This document shows, piece after piece, positions 9,217 to 18,736 of a stretch of 64,000 nucleotides of DNA. The number at the start of each line of letters is the position of its first letter. Position 1 is the first letter of the stretch. The position numbers were made by a program, and so were the translations under genes. A model generated the notes under the pieces. That model had not been told where the DNA came from. It searched no databases and worked only from the letters and a program-made list of their open reading frames with translations. The DNA comes from an uncultured Nitrososphaerota archaeon. GTDB lineage: Archaea > Thermoproteota > EX4484-205 > JAAOZP01. Location of the stretch: contig CAYQCW010000006.1 of assembly GCA_964416155.1 (NCBI GenBank), forward strand, positions 53,645 through 117,644, given 5' to 3'.

Positions 9217-12200
9217 TTAAACACCGTAGGGATTCGGATGGATCGCGGGGATCTTCATCCTCCTCGGGTAAGCAGGCATTGTGATGAGCAGAGTCGCAAC
9301 CAGGAAGACGACAGCCTCTATAACGGTGAACACGACAGCCCAGTTTGTTAAATCGGGAAGCTCCCACACGTTTATCCCGTAGCCCATGGATACGCTGATG
9401 CTCACCATTGTTGCTACAGCCAGCACGGCTGCTAGCGACATTATTCCCAAAGTTGGAGAGTAGCGCCGATGCTCCTGATGCTCTTCTTCACGCCTCCTCT
9501 TTATTAAACGGGAGAGGACTGTTGACACTATGCCGGTTAGAAGCGAGTAGGGTATTGACTCCGCCACCGGGTTTGCTGCGAAGAACACTGCATTAACCGT
9601 CATCGGTTCCGAGGGTTTCAGCGAGACTGTTTTCTGACGCCCCTGAGCACCCCCGGTCCATTCTTTGAAAACAGCCCATTCGCCCCAGCCTATCTTGTTC
9701 GGGCTTGAGACGGTTAGGGTTAAGCTACTGTCTTTCTTAACCCATTCCTTGAACGGGGATGCCGGGGTGATGTCTACCACGTAGGCCTGGCTCTTCTCCA
9801 CCGTCAGCCTAGCGGTGTAAGGCTGGTTCACGCCCACTACGTTTACAGTCAGAATTATCTCTGTTCCATAGATCATGGAGATGTTGAGAGGCCTATCTAC
9901 AGTAAAGCCCAGGTTCAGGCTGAAAGTAACGGGTTTCCCGTCTATCGCCCAGCCTTCGAAACAATACCTTGTATCCTGATTCCCATACGCGATTTCAGGC
10001 GCCGGCCCAATCTCAACCCTGCTTCCCGCCGAGTAATACTGAGCGTAGACGTTGAAGCCCGGAGGCAGGGTTTGAGGCACACGGGGGACAGACAGTAAAA
10101 CCCCGTTTGGAGCAGTCGTATTGTAGACCACCAAGTATTGAGTATCCCAACCGGCTATTACAGTATACGGCTTAACCATGATCAGGGTTCCAGCAGGCTC
10201 CCTGAGACTTATGTCTCCAGACCAGTTTAGGAACACTCTAAGCGTCCTGTTCCCATGGTTCACAGGCGTGTTCACTCCAAACCTTGCTTCAAAGCCAACA
10301 GGATACCAGCCGCTTCCATACGGGTCGCCATAATCGCTGACAACCTTCAAATAGTACATTGATGGTTCCCACTCTGCTGTCTCCTCAACAGGCCCCGTCA
10401 TTATGACTCTTGCAGGATTATCCGGCCCAGTGTAGTATACCCCAGCCCCGCTTCCAACCCAGCCCTTAAACGTGTACTCTATTCCTTCCGACTCTTCCCT
10501 CACTACGGTGGGTGAGACAGAGAAGACTGCTTCAGCACCGTCGTCATACCATCCAGAACCGGTGGTTACCCCATAGTCCGAGTAGACTGTCAGCCTGTAC
10601 TGCACGTTGTAGTAAGCGATATAAACTGCTCCAGGCGTGTCTGCAACAATTGTTCTGCTCGCCCTCGTGGAGCCGTCTGACCATTCTCTAAAAACGTGTC
10701 TTATGCTTCCAGCCTCCTCAATTCCCGGAACCACTACCTCGTGAGATGATCCCGGAACCCAGAGGAGCACGACTGGGAGACCCGTGTAAACAGTGCCGTC
10801 TATCGTGATTACTCCTTGCCTAGGGCTTTTGTCGAAGGTCACGGTATAGACTCCCGCCATCCAGTTAGCTATCGCGGTCTTCGGCCCGTTCATGATTATC
10901 GGGTTGCTGACGAGACCGGTTCCAGACGCGTCGCCACTCCAGCCGGTAAACATGTATTGGACACCGTTCTCCACCACGCTTCCCGCCTCAAGGGTTGCGT
11001 ATGCTGTTGAGCCCTCGTCATACCAGCCTTCGCCGCCAATAGTGCCGTAGGGCGAAACCACATTCAGGTAGTACTTGGTTGTGAAGTACGCCGTCACAGT
11101 CTCAGGCGTGCTGGGAACCGTGTAAACATGGATCTGATCCCCGCCGTCGCTCCACCCTGTCCAAACATACCTGGTGCCTGCTGGGCCTGAGACTGTTGAA
11201 ACAGCCTCCAGAACATGGGTGGACCCGATTACCCATGTGAACGTTACGGGGGTGGCGTAGGAAACGCCGTCAACCTTGATGAAGCCTCCGCCTGTAACGG
11301 GACTGGACGTGACGGTTATTGAAACAGTGTTTACGACGAAGTTGGCTGACAGGCTTCCCGCTCCACCCACGTTCATAATGGTTGTCTGGCTCGCGTAGTC
11401 GTCTACAGTCACTCCGCCGGTTACTGTCCAGCTTGAGAACCAGTAGCCTGCGGGAGCCCTTGATGCAATCGGGACTGATGCTCCCTCATCGTAAAACTCG
11501 CTCTCGCCATTACTCTTAACAACTCCTCCCACAGTTATCGACCCGTCTTCCGGATTAGTGTAGAAAGTAACCTTGTACTGGGTGATCCAGTTGAAAGTGA
11601 TGGTGTGAGCGCTCTGAACATTCGTGAAAACATGGCTCGTGCTCCCGTCTTCAACCGGCGGGTTATTGTCAAGAGTGTAGCCTGTGCACCTGAACCTGGT
11701 CTCGTCAGACTCGTCCGCAGGCGAGGCCACGCTCACCATGAGGCTTCCACCCTGGTCCACCCACTGGGAGGGTGTTGGAGAACCGTGGACACTGTTCACC
11801 TGTATCCAGAACTGTTGCTTCCAGTAGAACACTATTGTGTGCGGCGCCTGCACGCTTGTGAAAGTATAGCTCGTGCCCTCTTGAACAGGATTCTCGTCGA
11901 CACTGAAGCCCGTGCAAATCCATTGATGGTCGTTGACCACGATTTCAGCCGGGCTTGTTACTGAGGCGGTGAAGCTGCTTCCCTCGTCAACCCATGTTGA
12001 GGCTGTTGGGCTGCCGTGAGCACTTACCACTTCCACATAGTATTGAGCCTTGTAGTAAGCTGTTTCGTAAACTGGCCCAGAAACAGGGCCGAAGTCGTGG
12101 GAGAAGCTTGTGGAATTGCCTGAGACGGAGTAAAGCCTATATCGTTTTCCCCCAGCCATGGTTGACGCGAATTCCTCGTAAGAGTAGTTTACGGTAGTTC

Positions 12201-14007
12201 CAGAGTCAACCCACTCCTCGTAGAAAGCGTCTCCAGCGTTCCTGCTGTGAACCGTGCCGCCCACCATTATTGTGACCACTTTCTCGCCGTTAGCGTCAGC
12301 ACCCAGACCCGACCACGATATTGCAACCCTGTACTGGGCTGAGAAAGTTATTGTCTGCACCAGCTGCGAGGGCACGCTTAATGTTCCAGATAATGGTGAG
12401 GCCACGTATCTTACTCCCGGGCCCGCATGGATAGGTGTCGACACGCTCCACGAGTATTCTCCGGGGAGAACATCGTTGAAAACTATGATGTGCATCGTAG
12501 AGAATTTCGTAGCCCCGTTGAAGGTAACGCTCCACTCGGTGCCAGGCGGTAAACCAGTCTGGGTGAAAGAGACGGCGTAGAATGATGCGAAGCATGCCGT
12601 CACAGCGCCCTGGCCGTTTATGGTTACGCTAGTTTGCTGCGATGAAGCATCGGCTATGGCTATTAACGAAGTATTCACTCTCCATTCTGAGAAAGAGTAT
12701 CCGGGATTGGCTTCAGCCGATATGCTGATCTGGGCCCCGGTGTCATACCAGTCTGCCCCAGATGGCGCGGTTGATCCGGCACCAGGCGGGTTAACCGTGA
12801 ACGCGACCAGCCATTGGGTAACATAGTGGGCTATTGCCGTGTGGGACATGCTCATGTTCACCGTGATCTGGTTGACCCCGCTGTCCTGCGACAATCCGTC
12901 AACACTCCAGTGGCTGAACCTGTAGCGGACCCCCTGTGAAACCAGTATTGTTTCAGGAGCGGTTAAAGTGATTAAAGAATTCGCATCATACCATCCTCCG
13001 CCGGGAATAGTTGCTAAGTCCTCCGGCTCTGTTTCAACATTCAAATAGTATTGTGTAACATAGTTGCCAACGATTACAGTGGGAGAGGTGACTTTGAAAG
13101 GCGAGGTCGGTCCATTGATAGAGTAGAGCCTGAACCGTTTCCCCTGTTCAGAGCTTACGATGTCAGCGTAGCTATAGCTGATTGAAGCATCCTCGTCATA
13201 CCAATCGCTGAACGGTAGTTCACCACGGCTCTTAGCCACGCCGTTAACTGTGACGACTACCCCGGTTGCAGAATAGTCGAGACCTGTTTGATCAAAGCCT
13301 ACTAGGTGCTGCTTCTTGAAGTATGCGGTGTAGGTAGCGTCACCCGTTATTGCAACCGTGTGACTGATTCCCCCGCCGTCACTCCAAGAAACCCACGTGT
13401 AAATCGTGTTCCCCTTGAGCTGCGGGGAGATGGTGCCGATCGTGTGCACAGAGCCGCTTAGCCAGGTAAAGGTTTGCGGGGAAGTATAGACGGCTCCGTC
13501 CACAGTTATGCTCAAGCCCTCCGGCTCAGTGGTAACCCTCACCGTGAAAGCCACGATTATGATTGTCACAACGGCGTCTGCCTGATTATCGTTCCCCGGA
13601 GGCCTCTGATGGTAGAGCCTAGCCCTTATGGTCCATTCTCCTCCCGTGTTCAACGCTCGAGAATCAGAGAAATTAAACTCGTATTTTCCTCCCCCCATGT
13701 CCCTTGTCGGGGGAAGCTCTGCTGAATCATTCTGGAAAACAACCACGCCGTTATGCTCCCAGCTTACTTGAACATGGTATTGTTCAGGCCTTCCAGGAGG
13801 AACGTTGAAGCTTGCAAACCCCTTAACGGTAAACAGGTTGCCGTCCTGAGTAGGAGGGTAAAGCACAATCCTAGGGTGTGTTACCCCTGCCTGCAGGGGA
13901 ACCGGCAGAATGTAGAGTGAAACCGTGAGCATCATTATCATGACTAATGCTTCCACCCAAACTTTTCCATGTCTCACCGCCTCGAAACCGTTTCGAAATC
14001 TGCTCAT
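9217..14007 (-). CDS. Large cell-surface protein with repeated beta-sandwich (InlB-B/Flg_new-like, thermopsin C-terminal-like) modules
   Basis: 1596 aa; signal peptide; recurring YYLxVxSxYGxxxGxGWY and VDGxxYxxPxTFxWxxGSxH motifs; FTQTGLPPGTEWSVTFNG; three C-terminal TM helices. Confidence 0.85.
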   Translation of the reverse strand: MSRFRNGFEAVRHGKVWVEALVMIMMLTVSLYILPVPLQAGVTHPRIVLYPPTQDGNLFTVKGFASFNVPPGRPEQYHVQVSWEHNGVVVFQNDSAELPPTRDMGGGKYEFNFSDSRALNTGGEWTIRARLYHQRPPGNDNQADAVVTIIIVAFTVRVTTEPEGLSITVDGAVYTSPQTFTWLSGSVHTIGTISPQLKGNTIYTWVSWSDGGGISHTVAITGDATYTAYFKKQHLVGFDQTGLDYSATGVVVTVNGVAKSRGELPFSDWYDEDASISYSYADIVSSEQGKRFRLYSINGPTSPFKVTSPTVIVGNYVTQYYLNVETEPEDLATIPGGGWYDANSLITLTAPETILVSQGVRYRFSHWSVDGLSQDSGVNQITVNMSMSHTAIAHYVTQWLVAFTVNPPGAGSTAPSGADWYDTGAQISISAEANPGYSFSEWRVNTSLIAIADASSQQTSVTINGQGAVTACFASFYAVSFTQTGLPPGTEWSVTFNGATKFSTMHIIVFNDVLPGEYSWSVSTPIHAGPGVRYVASPLSGTLSVPSQLVQTITFSAQYRVAISWSGLGADANGEKVVTIMVGGTVHSRNAGDAFYEEWVDSGTTVNYSYEEFASTMAGGKRYRLYSVSGNSTSFSHDFGPVSGPVYETAYYKAQYYVEVVSAHGSPTASTWVDEGSSFTASVTSPAEIVVNDHQWICTGFSVDENPVQEGTSYTFTSVQAPHTIVFYWKQQFWIQVNSVHGSPTPSQWVDQGGSLMVSVASPADESDETRFRCTGYTLDNNPPVEDGSTSHVFTNVQSAHTITFNWITQYKVTFYTNPEDGSITVGGVVKSNGESEFYDEGASVPIASRAPAGYWFSSWTVTGGVTVDDYASQTTIMNVGGAGSLSANFVVNTVSITVTSSPVTGGGFIKVDGVSYATPVTFTWVIGSTHVLEAVSTVSGPAGTRYVWTGWSDGGDQIHVYTVPSTPETVTAYFTTKYYLNVVSPYGTIGGEGWYDEGSTAYATLEAGSVVENGVQYMFTGWSGDASGTGLVSNPIIMNGPKTAIANWMAGVYTVTFDKSPRQGVITIDGTVYTGLPVVLLWVPGSSHEVVVPGIEEAGSIRHVFREWSDGSTRASRTIVADTPGAVYIAYYNVQYRLTVYSDYGVTTGSGWYDDGAEAVFSVSPTVVREESEGIEYTFKGWVGSGAGVYYTGPDNPARVIMTGPVEETAEWEPSMYYLKVVSDYGDPYGSGWYPVGFEARFGVNTPVNHGNRTLRVFLNWSGDISLREPAGTLIMVKPYTVIAGWDTQYLVVYNTTAPNGVLLSVPRVPQTLPPGFNVYAQYYSAGSRVEIGPAPEIAYGNQDTRYCFEGWAIDGKPVTFSLNLGFTVDRPLNISMIYGTEIILTVNVVGVNQPYTARLTVEKSQAYVVDITPASPFKEWVKKDSSLTLTVSSPNKIGWGEWAVFKEWTGGAQGRQKTVSLKPSEPMTVNAVFFAANPVAESIPYSLLTGIVSTVLSRLIKRRREEEHQEHRRYSPTLGIMSLAAVLAVATMVSISVSMGYGINVWELPDLTNWAVVFTVIEAVVFLVATLLITMPAYPRRMKIPAIHPNPYGV

Positions 14008-14256
14008 TGTTTGTCCGAAAGTTTACAAACAGCATATTATTTAAGCTTTTTGCGAAAATAAGCGTTTTTCAAACTTTTTTTTAAAAAAAAATGCGCATAA
14101 AAAGCCTCTAATGAAAATTTTTAAACTCGTTGCTAGCTTAACGCAACACCCTGCGGATTGTTCCCCCGGCAGCCGGCTCTTCCACAGGCGCTCCGCTGTT
14201 ACACCCCCAGTATCGAGCGTCAGAACACTTAATTAAAAGCTTCAATAATCTTAATC

Positions 14257-15045
14257 ATGCGAGTCCTGGCTGTTAACGGTTCTCCGCATAAGGAGGGGTT
14301 TTGCAAGAAGATTTTAAACAGGATAATCGAGGGAGCGGTGGAGAAAGGGGCTATTGTTGAGCTGGTAGACCTCTCCGGTAAAACGCTCCAGCCCTGCTCG
14401 GCGTGTGGAAACGCTGAATGCTGGGAGACCATGAAGTGCATCCTTACGGATGACGGGCTTGAGCTGAGACGGCTTTTCAACGAGTGCGACGCGCTCGTGT
14501 TCGCGGCGCCGGTTTACTTTCTCTCTGTGAACGGGCTTGCGAAAAACTTCATGGACAGGATGAGAAACTACCGTAGGGATGTTAGACCCTCCGTCGCGGT
14601 GGCTGTGGCAGGCGGAACTGGAAAGGGCTGCGTAACCACGCTTCAAGAGGTCTGCAGGTGGATGGTTCTCGTCGGCTTCACCCCTGTTGCCGCCGAGCCT
14701 GTTACAAGGTATAATCTCGACCTGGCCATGGGATGGGCCAAGTTATGGGGCAGGATGCTTTTGGAGAAAAGCCCTGCGGGGAAGCGGGGCGACCTTTACA
14801 GCATTCTTTCAGAGTTCGAGAGACTGCCGTACATGCGTTACACTGTTACGGATGAAATCCTGTATCTCGCTAGGTCCGCGATTGACGCGCTGGCCAGGAG
14901 AAGCATTGTGGAGCAGACCGCTGAGCTGGCGAGACTGGTCGAGGAGGCTGAAACAAGGCTTAGAACGGGTGATTCGGAGGAGGGGCTTAGGCTAGCGGTT
15001 GAGGCTCATGAGAAGAGCATGAGGCTTTTCAACAGGCTTACTTAA
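14257..15045 (+). CDS. Flavodoxin family / iron-sulfur flavoprotein (NADPH-dependent FMN reductase-like)
   Basis: MRVLAVNGSPHKEG, PCSACGNAEC..C cysteine motif, APVYF, KNFMDR; extra helical C-terminus. Confidence 0.85.
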   Translation: MRVLAVNGSPHKEGFCKKILNRIIEGAVEKGAIVELVDLSGKTLQPCSACGNAECWETMKCILTDDGLELRRLFNECDALVFAAPVYFLSVNGLAKNFMDRMRNYRRDVRPSVAVAVAGGTGKGCVTTLQEVCRWMVLVGFTPVAAEPVTRYNLDLAMGWAKLWGRMLLEKSPAGKRGDLYSILSEFERLPYMRYTVTDEILYLARSAIDALARRSIVEQTAELARLVEEAETRLRTGDSEEGLRLAVEAHEKSMRLFNRLT

Positions 15046-15058
15046 CCCAGCGGTTAGA

Positions 15059-15853
15059 CTAGGCTCGTTTTCTCCTGCAGACATGCTTGCCCCCAAGCCC
15101 AAGTATAACCACGTTTATGCGTAGCCCCCAGCGCTCAGCGATCTCCTTCACGAGCAAAGGGTCTTCACGCGTCCTCCTCCAGAGATCCCAGTGCACAGGT
15201 ATTAGTGTTTGAGCGCCAAGGTCCCTAGCCGCCTCAACCGTGTCGCAAGCATTCATGTAATACTTGTGGCCACACGGGTTCCTGCCTAGGGAGAGGAAGG
15301 CGACGTCGACACCGCCCTGCTCCCCGATCTTTGAAAACTCTCCGGAGAACTTGCTGTCGCCGGAGTGGAAAAGCCTGACACCAGCAGCCTCTATGATGAA
15401 GGATACTGCTGACTCCGCGTCAGGATCGTTCGCGAACCATGCTGTCACAGTAACGTCGTTAAGGCTGAAGGACCCGCTGGGCCTAAGGGTGACGACCCTG
15501 TTTTTCTCCACACCCCATTCAAGAAACCTGCGGCAGGAGGACTCCGGCCCGATGAAACTGGCTCCCGTAGCCTTGGCGACGGTGAGAACAGTGTTCTTCT
15601 CACAATGATCCTCGTGCTCATGGGTTGACAGGAAAAGGTTGCAGAAACGTATCTCCCCAGGGTCCAGGGGGACAGGGATCATCCTGACCCAGTCGCTTGA
15701 ACTGCTTGAACCGAAGAAGGGGTCTATTAGGATGATGGATCCGGGTGTTTTAACAACTACGCCGGCACCCCCTATGCTCCAGACGATTGCAGAATCATGC
15801 TCAACGCTTGTTCCCTCAATCTCGTCGAGGAGAAGCCTGCCCAACCGGCTCAT
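15059..15853 (-). CDS. MBL-fold metallohydrolase (UlaG-like lactonase family)
   Basis: LIDPF, STHEHEDH, FHSGDS, IPVHWDLW. Confidence 0.85.
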   Translation of the reverse strand: MSRLGRLLLDEIEGTSVEHDSAIVWSIGGAGVVVKTPGSIILIDPFFGSSSSSDWVRMIPVPLDPGEIRFCNLFLSTHEHEDHCEKNTVLTVAKATGASFIGPESSCRRFLEWGVEKNRVVTLRPSGSFSLNDVTVTAWFANDPDAESAVSFIIEAAGVRLFHSGDSKFSGEFSKIGEQGGVDVAFLSLGRNPCGHKYYMNACDTVEAARDLGAQTLIPVHWDLWRRTREDPLLVKEIAERWGLRINVVILGLGGKHVCRRKRA

Positions 15854-15975
15854 TTTAAACCACCGTTAAAACAGGCTTAGAACCAGTATTTAACCATAGT
15901 ATTCTCTAAGAGTGACGCCGGTAGGCTGTCTAATGGTTTAAATCCGCGTGAAGCGTTTTCAAGCCTGCTGCCCTG

Positions 15976-17400
15976 ATGGAACCGGGAGCTACGGTTGGCG
16001 AGCCGTTAACATGGGAGTTTCAAGGAGTGTTAACCCCCAGGGATAAGGAGGAGGACGACTACAAGTATTTGCAGTTCCGCCTTCCACCAGGGTACGGCTT
16101 GATACAGGTCTCCTACGAGTATTCCGGGGGCTCGAAGAGCGTTGTGGACATAGGCATATTGGACTCTGAGGGATCGTTCAGAGGCTGGAGCGGCTCGGAT
16201 AAACCCGGCTTCTCAATATCTGTTTCGAAAGCCACACCAGGGTATGTCGCGGGCGAGGTAAAGCCCGGGGTTTGGACCATCATCCTGGGTCTGGCTAAAA
16301 TAGCGGCCGGCGGGTGCAGTTTCAGAGTGTTAGTCAAGGCTTGGAAACACGGGGAATACTTATGTTGGGAACACGGTGTTGAGGAAAGCGTTGCGCCGCA
16401 GGCTGTTCGAAAACCAGCCGTAGCCAAAGGATGGATAAAGGGTGATCCACATGTTCACAGCCATCACAGCGACGGTAAACACAGTGTTCGCGAGCTCGTT
16501 GACAAGGCTCTTGAACTGGGTCTCGACTATATTGCTGTAACCGACCACAGCACTAACAGCCAGTTCTACGAGATCATGAGGATTAGGGATCCGCCTGTCC
16601 TCCTGATACCTGGGGTCGAAGTCTCCACGTACCATGGGCACTTGAGCGTATGGGGTGGGTCCTGGTTTGACTTCAGAAGAAGGAGGCTTGAAGACTTCGC
16701 GAGGCTGGTGAACGAGGTCCATGAGAAGGGGCTAATAATATCGGTCGACCATCCAAGGGACCTGGGGGAGATTTGCATAGGCTGCGACTTCGAGTTTAAA
16801 CAGTTAAGGGGTTTCGACGCTGTCGAAGTGTGGAACGGCCCCTGGTTTGTGAAGAACTGGGAGCCGCTTGCATGGTGGCACAGCCTGCTGAGCGAAGGGC
16901 TCATGGTGACAGCAGTAGGCGGTAGCGACTACCACGGTGGGGAGAATTCTTTCGCAAGGCTCGGCGAGCCGACTACATGGATAAGGGTGGACTCGCCCAC
17001 GGTGGAGAACGTGATCAGATCCATTAAACAGGGGAGCGTATTCATATCTCAGTCTCCAAGCGGCCCCCTCCTGGAGTTGAAGGCTTACGCTGGTCCCAGG
17101 GTCTTCGAAACCGGCGGAATCGTTGAAGTAAAGCACGGGGATGTGTTGAAAACTGCGGTTGAAGCCCAGGGCGGGGACGACGCCACGCTTAGGCTAATGT
17201 CTTCTCGAGGCGTGGAGGAAGCCATCCCGGTTAACGGAAAGAGCTTCAGGCATGTGAAGGAGTTTAGCGTGAAACACGGCTGCTTGTTTATAAGGGCTGA
17301 GCTCGGCCGGTATGCAGACCCGTATTCAGTCAACCTTGGCGAGGATGATATTGTGTTCTCTTTGACAAACCCGGTGTACCTTAAACAGGCTGGTGGCTGA
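15976..17400 (+). CDS. PHP-domain metallohydrolase (CehA/McbA family)
   Basis: KGDPHVHSHHSDG, AVTDH, PGVE, DHP, EVWNG, GGSDYH; N-terminal FRGWSGS domain. Confidence 0.85.
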   Translation: MEPGATVGEPLTWEFQGVLTPRDKEEDDYKYLQFRLPPGYGLIQVSYEYSGGSKSVVDIGILDSEGSFRGWSGSDKPGFSISVSKATPGYVAGEVKPGVWTIILGLAKIAAGGCSFRVLVKAWKHGEYLCWEHGVEESVAPQAVRKPAVAKGWIKGDPHVHSHHSDGKHSVRELVDKALELGLDYIAVTDHSTNSQFYEIMRIRDPPVLLIPGVEVSTYHGHLSVWGGSWFDFRRRRLEDFARLVNEVHEKGLIISVDHPRDLGEICIGCDFEFKQLRGFDAVEVWNGPWFVKNWEPLAWWHSLLSEGLMVTAVGGSDYHGGENSFARLGEPTTWIRVDSPTVENVIRSIKQGSVFISQSPSGPLLELKAYAGPRVFETGGIVEVKHGDVLKTAVEAQGGDDATLRLMSSRGVEEAIPVNGKSFRHVKEFSVKHGCLFIRAELGRYADPYSVNLGEDDIVFSLTNPVYLKQAGG

Positions 17401-17628
17401 TTTAAAGAAGCTTTCTCAAGGCTCTGCTCCAGCTTAAGCTCTTCCCCGGGTTCACCCTGGTTGAAAGCCTTATCGACAGCAGGCTCCTCCAATGCGTTTT
17501 AAACCAGGATACTTATAAAAGCATGGTTTAAAGCCATCTGAAACGCCAGCCTGCTTTCCCTACTTTAGACTAACACTGGTTTCTAGACCCCCGGGAGAGA
17601 AGTTTTTAACCATCTTGCTCAACCTCCA

Positions 17629-18324
17629 ATGCTCAGGATGATCGTGGGCGGAGTGCTCTGCGGAGGCCTTGGAAAAAGGCTTAGGCCTCTGACAGACAAT
17701 GTTCCGAAGCCGCTGCTGGAAATAGGTAGGAACCTTACGATCCTGGACAGGCTGATAATGCAGATGAAGCATGCCAACATCTCCGAAGTCTACCTGCTGG
17801 CGGGCTACCAGCATGAGAAGCTGGTTAAGAGATATGGGGAAAACTGGATGAATGTCAGAATCCACTATATTGTTGAGGACAAGCCTAGGGGTACGCTCTA
17901 CGCCATCAACAGACTCTTGAGCAGTGTTGAGTCAGACCTATACCTTGTGCTGAACGGCGACATAGTCACCGACATAGACTTGTCAAGGATGATCTCGGAA
18001 TGGAAGCCTGGGACGGTGAGCATAGCCCTGACAAGCCTCAGGTCGCCCTACGGCGTTGTCCAGGTTTCCGGGGAGACGATAACGGGTTTCGAAGAGAAGC
18101 CCGTGCTGCCACACTTTATTAACGCTGGCATCTATCTCATAGACGGCAAGCTTAAACACAGGTTTCTAGAGTATGAGGAGGGTGATGTTGAGAAACTTGT
18201 TTTCCCAAGGCTGGCTGGAGAAGGATTGCTAAGGAAATATTTGGAGGCTGAAGCATACTGGAAGTCTATAGACACGGTTAAGGATCTTGAGGAAGTAAGT
18301 ATGAGGCTCTCCGGCCGGGTTTAA
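17629..18324 (+). CDS. Sugar-phosphate nucleotidyltransferase (NTP_transferase)
   Basis: LCGGLGKRLRPLTDNVPKPL, NGDIVTD, FEEKP, INAGIY. Confidence 0.9.
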   Translation: MLRMIVGGVLCGGLGKRLRPLTDNVPKPLLEIGRNLTILDRLIMQMKHANISEVYLLAGYQHEKLVKRYGENWMNVRIHYIVEDKPRGTLYAINRLLSSVESDLYLVLNGDIVTDIDLSRMISEWKPGTVSIALTSLRSPYGVVQVSGETITGFEEKPVLPHFINAGIYLIDGKLKHRFLEYEEGDVEKLVFPRLAGEGLLRKYLEAEAYWKSIDTVKDLEEVSMRLSGRV

Positions 18325-18351
18325 GAATGCAACAGCTTAGCCGGAAATAGT

Positions 18352-18603
18352 CTAGCTGAACCTAGTCTGCTCCACACCCTGTTTATCAGCCGGAGAGGAA
18401 AGCTCAAGGTTAAGCAGGATGGAGAAGTCAGGGGGCGTCTCCCACTCCTTCAAACCATCGTTTTTCAAGCGCGGGGCAACTGCCTCCCTCATCTTTTCAA
18501 CAACCTCGTCCAGAGTCCTGCCGTAGGTGAACAATGGGATGTCTACGCATTCAGCAATATAGTATCTTTCCCCTCTGTAGATTTTCACTTGAACCAGCTT
18601 CAT
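18352..18603 (-). CDS. HicB-like antitoxin (orphan)
   Basis: YYIAECVDIPLFTYGRTLDEVVEKMREAV; no HicA adjacent. Confidence 0.65.
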   Translation of the reverse strand: MKLVQVKIYRGERYYIAECVDIPLFTYGRTLDEVVEKMREAVAPRLKNDGLKEWETPPDFSILLNLELSSPADKQGVEQTRFS

Positions 18604-18736
18604 CGCGCCTCACCTTAAAACTAGTAGAAGCGATTTTTTAATCTTGCTTTAGTTTAGCATGGTTTATCACAGTTTTCTACAGTTTCCTAAAATTTTTCCA
18701 TCGGAAGCAGTGTTCACCGATATTTTTTAAAAACGT

